Virus record (IMG/VR): IMGVR_UViG_3300023105_000039 | Coordinates: 1-57,085 of that record | Origin: a virus | Lineage: Duplodnaviria > Caudoviricetes | Direction: 5' to 3' (one strand) | Length of the DNA stretch: 57,085 nt | Shown here: in pieces, positions 34,958 to 43,645 of the stretch | How positions within the stretch are numbered: the first letter of the stretch is position 1 | How the letters are laid out: every line of letters begins with the position of its first letter | Notes under the pieces: generated by a model | Database searches by the model: none | What the model saw: the letters and a program-made list of their open reading frames with translations, nothing else | What the model was told of the DNA's origin: nothing | Position numbers and translations under genes: made by a program

Positions 34958-35896
34958 GCGCTCAGCGTCGTTTTTTTTAAGCCCGAACAGGGCGAGTTCC
35001 TTCATCTTCGCCTCGATCATAACGTCGAGGTCGTAGCCGTAGTCGTCAACTGGTCCGTTGACGAAATCTGAGTGGGCATGTGGGCGAATCTTGGAGTCGC
35101 GCTTTTCTTCAGCACGGGACTCGGAGTAGTGGACTACCGGCTTGATGTCTCCCCACGTCGAGATTGCAATTTCCAAGGCTTCTTTTTCTGTAAGACCGCC
35201 AGTGCAAAAACCGTGATGATGATAATCAAAAACAATCGGAATACCAGTCCTGTTGTAAACTCCCTCATAGAGTTCGATAGTCGAGTAAAGTGATTCACGG
35301 TCGTCATTCTCCACGGTTAGACGAGACTTCACGCTATCTGGTAGTCTCTCAAAGTTACGAGCAAATGTATCGAGGGCTACGGGCTTGTTGCCGTAGGCTG
35401 CGCCGACATGAATGTTAATCTTTGCGTAGTGATCTCGGGGCAAGCCAAGCATGTCGAAGAACTCTCCGTGAATCTCCAAGTCTCTCAAGGTGTTCTGAAA
35501 CACCTTCTCATTTGGAGAAGCCAGCTTGTTGAATGGTCCGGGGTGAGAAGTAAGACGAATACCATGTTCCCGTGCATAGTTGCCTGCCTTCTCACAAGCC
35601 TCGAAGATTGCTTCATAGTCGGGCATGTCGTGGAGTTGGTACTCTGACGCCCAAGGAAAAACGTTGGAGGACAGACGGAAGAACTTGATCCCGTGCTCAA
35701 CATTCCATTCAAGGATCTTTTGGAGATCGAGTACGTTTAGGAGAGACAAGGAGGATGCATACTCGATCCCCTTCTCTTCAAAAGTTCTCTTGATCATGGA
35801 GCGATTAGTAGTGATTCTATCTTGCTTTTTACCACCATAATCCTGCGGGTTTGACAACTGCATGTTGATACATGCGTAGCCGTAGTTCTTGCTCAT
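34940..35896 (-). CDS. uvsE: UV-damage endonuclease
   Basis: GYACIN, FFRLSS, HPGPF, NIHVG, VENDD, FDYHHH, VHYSES, HSD, MIEAK. Confidence 0.93.
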   Translation of the reverse strand: MSKNYGYACINMQLSNPQDYGGKKQDRITTNRSMIKRTFEEKGIEYASSLSLLNVLDLQKILEWNVEHGIKFFRLSSNVFPWASEYQLHDMPDYEAIFEACEKAGNYAREHGIRLTSHPGPFNKLASPNEKVFQNTLRDLEIHGEFFDMLGLPRDHYAKINIHVGAAYGNKPVALDTFARNFERLPDSVKSRLTVENDDRESLYSTIELYEGVYNRTGIPIVFDYHHHGFCTGGLTEKEALEIAISTWGDIKPVVHYSESRAEEKRDSKIRPHAHSDFVNGPVDDYGYDLDVMIEAKMKELALFGLKKNDAERLTAAA

Positions 35897-35917
35897 CTGT
35901 CCTCCAACGTTATAGAT

Positions 35918-35946
35918 AATGTAACCGGTCAGGCGGCTGCTGTCAA
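35918..35946 (-). promoter_or_regulatory. sigma70-type promoter overlapping purA end
   Basis: TTGACA-17-TACATT. Confidence 0.8.
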
Positions 35947-36936
35947 GGGATTTTCTTCGTGGATCGTGTGAGGGTTGTCAGAGAAATAGATCTTCTCGAT
36001 CCCTAGTCTCCGACTGAACTCGTCCGTGAGGTGCTTGCGGAAGTGACGCTCGCCGTGAAGGCGGCGCTCTGTGGTTCCCCAAGTGTCGATCTCGCGTAGA
36101 ACGTCCATCTTGTTGACTACAAGGCGGTTCACGCCATTCATGTCAATTGCCTGACGCACTTCCCTTGTGTTGATCCAGTTACACTGACGGACGCGACCTG
36201 TCGTAGCACCAAACTCAGCACCAACCTGCTGAATCTGATCAAACACAGCGTCGTCGGGCTGGAACTTACGCTTTCCAACATAAGTCTCGTAAGCCTTGAT
36301 AATGCCCCAGACATTGCGGATAGAGCGTGGGTTGATTCCGTTTTGGAGGGCTGCTGCTGTTCCTGTGTGTGAAGACGTTACATAAGGGTAGTCACCCCAG
36401 TCTGGGTCAAGCCAGAAGCCCTGTGCCCCCTCCATTAGGATTACAGAGTCTCCAGAAAGTTCCTCATAAATGTCGATAATGAAGGAATGAAGTTCGGGAA
36501 TCTCACCAGCACGTACCCCACGGCGAGCATACTTATCCCTGTAAGCGGGTCCATTTCCCGTCTTAGTGGTTCCAATTCGTTCATCTGTTCCGTCCTGCGC
36601 CTTGTGTAGCGAAGTGATAATGTGTGCGTTTTCCGCAATCTTTAGGTGATCTCGGACGTTGATGCCGTGAGACTCAAGATACTCTATTTCTTCAAAGAGT
36701 TTGACTGGATCGACCACGCAGCCGTTACCAATAACGGATGTAACACCAAAGAACACGCCAGCAGGAATGTGATGGGTAACCAACTTAACGCCGTCGTGAT
36801 AGATTGTGTGTCCAGCATTGCATCCCCCATTGAAGCGAACGCAGTGTGTGTATTCGCCACTCTTAAGTAGGTGGTGGGCGACCTTTCCTTTACCTTCGTC
36901 TCCGTGCTGAAGACCAATAACAATGTCGGTAATCAA
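35929..36936 (-). CDS. purA: adenylosuccinate synthetase (short form; TTG start at 36936)
   Basis: GLQHGDEGKGK, GGCNAGHT, IGTTKTGNGPAY, EGAQG, YPYVTSS, GATTGR; GGAGG RBS. Confidence 0.9.
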   Translation of the reverse strand: MITDIVIGLQHGDEGKGKVAHHLLKSGEYTHCVRFNGGCNAGHTIYHDGVKLVTHHIPAGVFFGVTSVIGNGCVVDPVKLFEEIEYLESHGINVRDHLKIAENAHIITSLHKAQDGTDERIGTTKTGNGPAYRDKYARRGVRAGEIPELHSFIIDIYEELSGDSVILMEGAQGFWLDPDWGDYPYVTSSHTGTAAALQNGINPRSIRNVWGIIKAYETYVGKRKFQPDDAVFDQIQQVGAEFGATTGRVRQCNWINTREVRQAIDMNGVNRLVVNKMDVLREIDTWGTTERRLHGERHFRKHLTDEFSRRLGIEKIYFSDNPHTIHEENPLTAAA

Positions 36937-37052
36937 GTTTCCTCCTTGTTTCTGAACTTGTACCAATACTTTAACATGGGAACGGAACTGATGCAACTAA
37001 AAAGTGCCATCCATTCTCCGTGGCAGTTGAGCAGATGCTCCATTTAAGACCT

Positions 37053-37670
37053 CTAAATCTGGAAAAATTGCCTCAAAAAATTTTTGACGATCTTTGCTTT
37101 TTCATCTTCACTTTCGGCTTCAGAAAAAACATAATCATAAGTGCTCTTCTTAGATTTTATCTGTTTATCAAGCTCTTTAGTTCGTTCTTTCATCCAGCGA
37201 ATTTGTTCTATAATGTTGTCGGGAATTCGCACATCAAATTTTTCAGACATGTCAAGGAGTATAAAGTAATCGCCATCATCAAGCGCTCGCTTGGCTTCCT
37301 TGAACATAGATAATCTAACCTGTCGCTCTTCATCTGTCAAGCCAAAAGAGCGGTCTGGGTGAAGATTTAGCGCTAACTTCTTGAATAGTTCCTTGAAGGT
37401 CGAGTGTATTTCATCTTCTTCTTTTTGTTCCTGAATCTCAGAAACAATCAGCTTTTCTTTTCGAGGATCTCGGGGCGGGACAGGTAGCGCTCCTTTTTCT
37501 TGATTAAGTTTTTGTAAATCTATGTCGTTTTCTGAGCAGTAGTTTTCAAGAAACATTTGAAAATCAACCGCATGTGCTTCACATGTTTCTATAACAAGAT
37601 TTAGTTCTTCATGCTTGAACTTCGTTTCGTTTAGTGCTCTCTTCCACTTTAACAAATCTGTTACTCTCAA
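37053..37670 (-). CDS. J-domain (DnaJ-like) protein
   Basis: FKELFKKLALNLHPDR...MFKEAKRA. Confidence 0.7.
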   Translation of the reverse strand: MRVTDLLKWKRALNETKFKHEELNLVIETCEAHAVDFQMFLENYCSENDIDLQKLNQEKGALPVPPRDPRKEKLIVSEIQEQKEEDEIHSTFKELFKKLALNLHPDRSFGLTDEERQVRLSMFKEAKRALDDGDYFILLDMSEKFDVRIPDNIIEQIRWMKERTKELDKQIKSKKSTYDYVFSEAESEDEKAKIVKNFLRQFFQI

Positions 37671-37674
37671 AGCA

Positions 37675-37703
37675 AAAACCTCCCACCATAAATAGGTGGG
37701 AGG
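37675..37703 (-). terminator. intrinsic terminator/RBS hairpin with CTATTTAT in its loop
   Basis: CCTCCCACC-TATTTAT-GGTGGGAGG-TTTTT. Confidence 0.7.
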
Positions 37704-37709
37704 CTGACA

Positions 37710-37853
37710 CTAACCTTTGCCCTGACCGCGATACTTCTTCTTGTAGCCCTTATTACCACCATGTGGTCCCGGTTGCTTGCGCTTTGTTAGAGCACTCTTG
37801 CCAATACTGGTCTTTTTCTTGGGTGCTTTGTTGTGTGTCTTCTTCTGTGCCAT
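37710..37853 (-). CDS. small basic peptide (47 aa, not in track)
   Basis: MAQKKTHNKAPKKKTSIGKSALTKRKQPGPHGGNKGYKKKYRGQGKG; AAGGAG RBS. Confidence 0.75.
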   Translation of the reverse strand: MAQKKTHNKAPKKKTSIGKSALTKRKQPGPHGGNKGYKKKYRGQGKG

Positions 37854-37869
37854 GCTTTACTCCTTATTG

Positions 37870-40800
37870 TTAGCCTAGCAATCTAAAGTTTCTGTAGAGA
37901 GACCTCGTTGAGAAACCCCATTTTGGATCGTAATCCAGTCGCGACATGTAGGGGCGGTTGATCTGAATGCTATCCTTCTTTGGATCAATGCCCCAACACT
38001 TAATCTTTTCTGTCTCGTTGTTTGAGTCAATAACCTCAACAATCCAGAAGTCCTTGCCCTTCTTTGTCTTTCTCGGAACAACCTTGCGTGGGATAAACCA
38101 GCAGATCTGTAGTTCCTCGTCAAACTCGGAAATGGGTGGAATGTACTTGTCCTTCAGTTTCTGGATAGTCTCGGGACTAATGACCAAGTTCATTGGGAAC
38201 ACGCCAGTCAATTCAGTCTTAAACTGGATGATCTCTTCCTCTGAGAAGTCGCCTTCTGGTCTGTAGAGATCAATGTTGTCGTGGAACTTCTTCTTGGTCT
38301 TCGGACGATCAATCACGGACGCACACCAGAAGTGCTTGCGACCTGTGAAGCGGTCGTCAATTAGACTATCCATTGCTCCTGCCCTACAGAGGGCGTCAAG
38401 TGCCTTCTTGTTTAGTTTAGCATACTTTACCTCTTCTCGGAACAAGAAATCCTCAATGTCCGTGAATGGGCGATTATCAAGCACCTGCTCCATTGCAGAC
38501 TCACCAAAGCCCTTGATGCTTGTGAGGGGCTGGATAAGAGTCTTGCCGTCGCTAGTAATCTCCCAAGTCCTACCGGATGTGTTCACGTCTACGGGCGCAA
38601 TCTTGTAGCCAAGAGACTTAGCAATGTTGATTGCGTTCTCCTTCTTGCTCTCGGGCTCTTTGTCGAGGAAAGCAGCAAGCCACTCTGCCTCGAAGTAAGT
38701 TAGGAGCCAAGCGCACTGATAAGAAATGATAGAGTAGGAAACAGCGTGGGATTTGTTGAAACCATAGCCAGAGAAGTATTCAAACTTCTCCCATAGACCC
38801 TGTGCTTCACTTCTAGCGATGCCCTTCTCCACACAACCATCAATGAACTTCTTGTGGATCGCATCCTTGACCTCAAAACCCTTTCCGGTTCCCTTCTTAG
38901 TTAGGAGTTTGCGGAGCAAGTTACCCTCGTCAAGAGTCAAATCCTTACCAAGTGCGTGAGCAATCTTGGCGATTTGTTCCTGAAAGATCAAGAAACCAAA
39001 CGTTTCTTCGGTGATCTCCTGCACCTCTGGTGTGAGATACTTGATGTACTGAGGGCTTTCCTTGGCGTCAATGTAATCCTCGTGGACGTTAGCCGATAGA
39101 GGACCGGGACGATAGATGGAAGTGATAGCGGAAACATCAATGATGTTGTTTGGCTTTACTCGCTCTGCGAAGTTCTGCGCTCCGTCCTCGGTGAACTGGA
39201 AAGTGCCTACGAAGTTGCCCTTATGGAAAACATTTTTGTAGACTCTCGCGTCATCGAGGTTGATAACGTCAGGGTGAAGGTTGTTGTCGTAGAAGTCCTT
39301 GACCTGCTTGAATGTTGGTTCTGCAATGCCGTGGTGGCGCTTGAGAATCAACTCAATAGCAGTCTCCATCATAGCAAGGGTCGAGAGACCAAGAAGATCG
39401 AACTTGATGAAGCCCATTGGTTCAAGATGGCGAACGTTCTGTCCCTCGGACCAAGGCGTCTGACGAACGCCCTTGGAGTTGATAAGGGGCATGTTCTTGT
39501 CTAGATCCTCGGCAATCACAACACCGCCAGCGTGACGAGACGCAGAGCGAACCTGACCGACGAGAGCACGGACGTGTGTCTTGACGTGAGGATACTTGCT
39601 CAAGAATCCCTTGAGAGAACTTGAGAACTCAAGCACCTCTTCCCAAGTTGGGGTGTACATTCCTGCCTTGATGCCGTGCTTCTGCTTGGCGAGAGGCGTT
39701 GCCTCCTTAATCATAGCGTTGGTTACGAGATTGACCTCGCTGAAAGGAATCTGATAGAGTTTGGAAATGTCCTTGATAAGAGACTTCAACTGGAGAGTGT
39801 TCCAGTTAGAGATTGGAGCAACACATTCCTCACCCCACAACTCAATCAACTTGTCCTTCAGTTCCATTGGGCGACTAATGTCATAATCAATGTCTGGGTA
39901 ATCCTTGGCGTCAGAACGTAGGAATCGTGAGAATAGAAGGTCGTACTTGATTGGATCGACCTGTGTGATCCCAAGAGCATAGGCAACAAGTGAACCAGCG
40001 GCAGAACCACGACCGGGACCTGCAAGCATCATTGTGTCTGTAACGTCTACGATTGCCTTCATAGTCAAGAAATACTTTGAGAAGCCTCGGTCGTCAATGA
40101 CGTGGAGTTCTTCTTTTAGTCTCGCAAGGTACTGCTTGTTGTCGGCAAGACCCAACTTACGCAGACCTTCAAGTGAGAAGTTGATTAGCGCCTCAGTTGC
40201 GGTGTGTCCTGCGGGCACAACGAATGAAGGAAGGCGAACAGTGTTATCTGGAAGGAAGTTCTCAATGCGATCAAACGCGATTCGGTGTGTCTCTTCAATA
40301 GAACGCAACACAAGGTCGTCATCGTAGTCAGTATTACACAACTTAGAGTAGTGCCTGTAGGACTCCCACATCTCGTCACCATTCTTGGGATAGAGTTCGT
40401 AACCAATCTCGTCAACAGAGACAGGCAGATCGCTCTCGGTGTCTGCCCACTGCGGGCGACCCTTACCAAGCCAACCCAAGCGCTTGTAGAGTTCTCGGTC
40501 CTTCCAAGCATCACGATTGGGGTAGTGCGAGTCTGCGGTCGAGATCACCTTTACACCAAACTCGTCACAAACCTGAATAACAAACTTGTTTAGTTCGTGC
40601 TGCTCTGGGACATTGTTCCACTGAATCTCGCCGTGCCAGCGATCACCAAAGATGTCCACCATCTGGCGGGTTGTCTCTCGCATAGCCTCAAGCACAGCCT
40701 CTGGTCCTTCCTCTCGGTTCTCCCAGTAGTTACCAGCATAGACGCCGCCAAGGCAAGCGGAGGAAGCAATAATGCCCTCGCTGTGATCCTTGAGCATCTT

Positions 40801-41310
40801 GTAGTCCATTCGAGGATAACGATAGAAGTTCTCGTCCTTGTAACTCTCGGACACAAGTTTGAAGAGGTTGTTTAGTCCCTTCTGGTTCTGAGCAAGAAGA
40901 ACGAGATGGCGACGGCGGCGTAGAATGTTGCTGCTTTTGCCCTTGCTCGCGCCTTCGTCTTCAACAGAGGCAGCAGAAGCACCAGACTTCTTGGCTTCGC
41001 GTGCCTTCTTCTTATCCTGCATTGCCTGCTCGTATTCATCCTTCCATTCATCAATAGATGGAATGAAGTAAGCCTCGCAACCAAAGATAGGCTTGAAGTC
41101 CTTGCCTTCTGCCTTCATCTTCTTAGCGTGTAGCACCTGATAAGACAGACCATTCATGTTCCCGTGGTCGGTCAGAGCAAGCGCATCAGACCCGTTGGAG
41201 TAAGCGAACTCCATGTGGTCCTGTGGGAAGCCGAGCCCATCAAAGATAGACCCAGCGACGCTGTGGGCGTGTAGCCCAACAAACTTGATTTTACTTTCTT
41301 TTCTTTCCAT
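37870..41310 (-). CDS. dnaE: DNA polymerase III alpha subunit (family C)
   Basis: PHP HAHS...TDHG; GPGRGSAAGSLVAY, PDIDYD, HAGGVVI, KFDLLGL, YGFNKSHAVSY. Confidence 0.95.
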   Translation of the reverse strand: MERKESKIKFVGLHAHSVAGSIFDGLGFPQDHMEFAYSNGSDALALTDHGNMNGLSYQVLHAKKMKAEGKDFKPIFGCEAYFIPSIDEWKDEYEQAMQDKKKAREAKKSGASAASVEDEGASKGKSSNILRRRRHLVLLAQNQKGLNNLFKLVSESYKDENFYRYPRMDYKMLKDHSEGIIASSACLGGVYAGNYWENREEGPEAVLEAMRETTRQMVDIFGDRWHGEIQWNNVPEQHELNKFVIQVCDEFGVKVISTADSHYPNRDAWKDRELYKRLGWLGKGRPQWADTESDLPVSVDEIGYELYPKNGDEMWESYRHYSKLCNTDYDDDLVLRSIEETHRIAFDRIENFLPDNTVRLPSFVVPAGHTATEALINFSLEGLRKLGLADNKQYLARLKEELHVIDDRGFSKYFLTMKAIVDVTDTMMLAGPGRGSAAGSLVAYALGITQVDPIKYDLLFSRFLRSDAKDYPDIDYDISRPMELKDKLIELWGEECVAPISNWNTLQLKSLIKDISKLYQIPFSEVNLVTNAMIKEATPLAKQKHGIKAGMYTPTWEEVLEFSSSLKGFLSKYPHVKTHVRALVGQVRSASRHAGGVVIAEDLDKNMPLINSKGVRQTPWSEGQNVRHLEPMGFIKFDLLGLSTLAMMETAIELILKRHHGIAEPTFKQVKDFYDNNLHPDVINLDDARVYKNVFHKGNFVGTFQFTEDGAQNFAERVKPNNIIDVSAITSIYRPGPLSANVHEDYIDAKESPQYIKYLTPEVQEITEETFGFLIFQEQIAKIAHALGKDLTLDEGNLLRKLLTKKGTGKGFEVKDAIHKKFIDGCVEKGIARSEAQGLWEKFEYFSGYGFNKSHAVSYSIISYQCAWLLTYFEAEWLAAFLDKEPESKKENAINIAKSLGYKIAPVDVNTSGRTWEITSDGKTLIQPLTSIKGFGESAMEQVLDNRPFTDIEDFLFREEVKYAKLNKKALDALCRAGAMDSLIDDRFTGRKHFWCASVIDRPKTKKKFHDNIDLYRPEGDFSEEEIIQFKTELTGVFPMNLVISPETIQKLKDKYIPPISEFDEELQICWFIPRKVVPRKTKKGKDFWIVEVIDSNNETEKIKCWGIDPKKDSIQINRPYMSRLDYDPKWGFSTRSLYRNFRLLG

Positions 41311-41489
41311 TATTTTGCCTCCGATAGTAGTTTGAGAATCCGATAATTGTGTTTACTAATCACGCCTTTTCTTGTGGGAGTGTCGGTGGTTAGCCACCTG
41401 ATGGTGTTAGTCCCGAACTCATCAAAAGAGAGAACTACACCAAAGCACCAAGGGTAGTCCCTGTGTCTTACCAGATCACCGACTCTCAT
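41310..41489 (-). CDS. MKVGDLV-family microprotein (59 aa, not in track), coupled to dnaE
   Basis: MRVGDLVRHRDYPWCFGVVLSFDEFGTNTIRWLTTDTPTRKGVISKHNYRILKLLSEAK; TAATG overlap. Confidence 0.7.
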   Translation of the reverse strand: MRVGDLVRHRDYPWCFGVVLSFDEFGTNTIRWLTTDTPTRKGVISKHNYRILKLLSEAK

Positions 41490-41511
41490 TACAATCCCTC
41501 CTTACCCCTCT

Positions 41512-41540
41512 AATCTAACGGGTGATCGCCCTCCTGTCAA
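41512..41540 (-). promoter_or_regulatory. sigma70-type promoter
   Basis: TTGACA-17-TAGATT; GATC in spacer. Confidence 0.8.
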
Positions 41541-41613
41541 GGGCAGAGCCGAAGAATAAATAGTGAGGGCAGCACCCAAAACGAGCGCTGCCCTCGGAAA
41601 GAATTTGGTTATT

Positions 41614-42015
41614 TTAGTTAGCGTTTGCTTGGTTGACAAAAAGGCACTCTTCTGCCTCAATCAACTTGTCTTCTGCTCTGTCTACAACTTTGTTCAACTG
41701 GTCTAGGTGAAACTCTGCTGAGTCAAGGTTCTTTCTGTCGATTGACTCTAGAACTAGATTGTACTCAGTTCCAGCAGATTGTCCTAGCATGTGGATAGCA
41801 CTTACGCTAGAGTCTACGCACTTGTAGGAGTTCATTTCTTCCATAAAGATTGCGTCTGTGAGAACCTCGTCGGCTTCCTCAGAAATAAGGTCAAATCGAT
41901 CCATCTCTTGTTCTAGTAGGATTTCGATCTTTTCTGTTGAACCAGTGTCCTCTTTTGGTGCGACCTCGGTCATGGGGGCATTCATGCCAGCGATTAGAAA
42001 CATTAACTTAAACAT
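41614..42015 (-). CDS. exported-type helical protein with two Cys
   Basis: Short hydrophobic N-terminus; KCVD...EAEEC; AAGGAG RBS. Confidence 0.6.
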   Translation of the reverse strand: MFKLMFLIAGMNAPMTEVAPKEDTGSTEKIEILLEQEMDRFDLISEEADEVLTDAIFMEEMNSYKCVDSSVSAIHMLGQSAGTEYNLVLESIDRKNLDSAEFHLDQLNKVVDRAEDKLIEAEECLFVNQANAN

Positions 42016-42093
42016 TGTGAAACTCCTTCTTAAGTGTTCTAATGTTATTAACGGAATCCGATCGCATTTACATTAGGGGTGATCCTATTTTTT

Positions 42094-42255
42094 TTAGGTC
42101 TCGGAGAGAAGGGTGAGTTTATGGGCTAGAAGGGTGTGTAGTTGCCCTTCGATCATTACCTCTACAACATAGCCCACCATAAATTTCTTCTTTTGTTCTC
42201 CGACTATGACGCCGATCTTTTTGTCGGAGGTCATAACCAGATCACCGACTTTCAT
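42094..42255 (-). CDS. MKVGDLV-family microprotein (53 aa, not in track)
   Basis: MKVGDLVMTSDKKIGVIVGEQKKKFMVGYVVEVMIEGQLHTLLAHKLTLLSET. Confidence 0.7.
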   Translation of the reverse strand: MKVGDLVMTSDKKIGVIVGEQKKKFMVGYVVEVMIEGQLHTLLAHKLTLLSET

Positions 42256-42440
42256 TATGCCTCCGATAGTAGAATAAGATTTCTTTCGTCAAAATTGGTC
42301 GCTAGTCTAGGGAAAGTCTGTTGGTCTAGCCAGAGAATTCTGTGACACCTGATCTTTCCACCAGAATAGGTGATAGTGTGGGTAATAAAGCCGTGCCTGC
42401 CTTTATGGTTTCTGTGACAAACCAGATCACCGACTTTCAT
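42255..42440 (-). CDS. MKVGDLV-family microprotein (likely start 42440)
   Basis: MKVGDLVCH...GFITH...ILWL...LILLSEA. Confidence 0.75.
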   Translation of the reverse strand: MKVGDLVCHRNHKGRHGFITHTITYSGGKIRCHRILWLDQQTFPRLATNFDERNLILLSEA

Positions 42441-42570
42441 TATGCCTCCTTGCTGCTGGCTTCTCAAACCAAACATTACATTTTAGGCAGCCCGGCTGTG
42501 GATAGAACCCACCTACATAGCGATAGAAGGTCTTGGAATTACATTTTGGACAAGAATGATAATGGCTCAT
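42427..42570 (-). CDS. zinc-ribbon peptide (47 aa, not in track)
   Basis: MSHYHSCPKC...GCLKCNVWF...; lies between junction repeats. Confidence 0.55.
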   Translation of the reverse strand: MSHYHSCPKCNSKTFYRYVGGFYPQPGCLKCNVWFEKPAARRHNESR

Positions 42571-42764
42571 TATGCCTCCGATAGTAGTTTGAGTTGTCTT
42601 TTATTACACCATTGATCTCGCTTTACTCTTTCTCCAAACATCCAGTTATGATAAGTCCAGACAACAAAAACAATTTCTTGTGTTCTTTTTGAGTTGTTCT
42701 CGGGAACTTCCATAATGAAGCCTTTGTTGCCCCAAGAATCTGTTACATAATCACCGACTTTCAT
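42570..42764 (-). CDS. MKVGDLV-family microprotein (likely start 42764)
   Basis: MKVGDYVT...GFIME...VVW...LKLLSEA. Confidence 0.75.
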   Translation of the reverse strand: MKVGDYVTDSWGNKGFIMEVPENNSKRTQEIVFVVWTYHNWMFGERVKRDQWCNKRQLKLLSEA

Positions 42765-43645
42765 TCCTCGTCCTCCACACATAATCTATTCAGTTTGTGT
42801 GGTTTTGTCAAGCGCCAGTTGGGCGATCCCACGAGATTATCTGACGCGAGATAGGCGCGGTAGCCGTCCCAGTCCCTGAGATCGTAGAACCAGTCAAGTT
42901 CTTGGCGGAAGCAGTCTTCTTCGCTTACCTTCTCAAAGATTGTTGCGAGGTCAAAGTGGCGGGCAGACCAGCGTTCTTTCAGGGGTAGTTTGCGAAGGTC
43001 TTTCCAAGTTTCGCCTTCGCCCATAGGTCCGTATTCTTTTGTCGTCAGTTTATTGACCCAACGGCGGCACTGGATAAAGTCTTCTCCGCGCATAGTGAAT
43101 GGGATTGGTAAATTATCCTTTACTGTCTTACCCTCAATAGTAAAGAAAAAGTTCTTTGTGGTGTTGAAGAGATCTTTTCTGTGTTCTCGGATAGACCAAA
43201 AGTTCATCATTCCGTGTGGGAATGAAACAAAGTATTTCTTCGGAACAACCCACTTTGAAATTCTGTAAGAGGTGTACCAAGCAGAATGCATTCCGAACAG
43301 AGCAGACCACCCGTAACTATCGCGTCTCTCTCGGTCTTTTGGAAGAATAGGCACATAATAGATTGGAATGTGGGTTCTGCGCTGGACGATTCGGTTGTCT
43401 ATGTAGTCGTCCCAGAAATAGACAGGATCATAGACCCACTCGCCTACGTGTCTCTTTACCATAGGTGCGAGGTCGTCGTTTGCTACGATCCAGATTGTAG
43501 AACAACCAGCCATAGCGCACTCAAACACGGACTTTTGGATAAGAGTAAAGTCGTTCTCTATTGGAAGCATAAACGAGTCATAGGGCAACTGGAAATTGTC
43601 CTTGAAGTTCGCTAATGGGATAATGCCTGCTAGGTGTTTAGCCAT
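42761..43645 (-). CDS. sugar nucleotidyltransferase-like fold protein
   Basis: LAGIIPLA...MLPI...LIQ.SV.EC..AGC.TIWIV. Confidence 0.5.
   Translation of the reverse strand: MAKHLAGIIPLANFKDNFQLPYDSFMLPIENDFTLIQKSVFECAMAGCSTIWIVANDDLAPMVKRHVGEWVYDPVYFWDDYIDNRIVQRRTHIPIYYVPILPKDRERRDSYGWSALFGMHSAWYTSYRISKWVVPKKYFVSFPHGMMNFWSIREHRKDLFNTTKNFFFTIEGKTVKDNLPIPFTMRGEDFIQCRRWVNKLTTKEYGPMGEGETWKDLRKLPLKERWSARHFDLATIFEKVSEEDCFRQELDWFYDLRDWDGYRAYLASDNLVGSPNWRLTKPHKLNRLCVEDEE
42783..42811 (-). promoter_or_regulatory. sigma70-type promoter
   Basis: TTGACA-17-TAGATT inside the end of the upstream CDS. Confidence 0.75.

Larger units (their letters stand above)
42235..42587. repeat. 30-bp direct repeats at microprotein junctions
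   Basis: AACCAGATCACCGACTTTCATTATGCCTCC at 42235-42264 and 42420-42449; partial at 42568-42587; 28-bp match at 6345-6372. Confidence 0.85.

Noticed and set aside
35929-36936. PurZ / Z-base genome system
   Set aside because: The active-site motif is GDEGKG (Asp, PurA type), not the Ser of PurZ; no DatZ or MazZ was recognised in the window.
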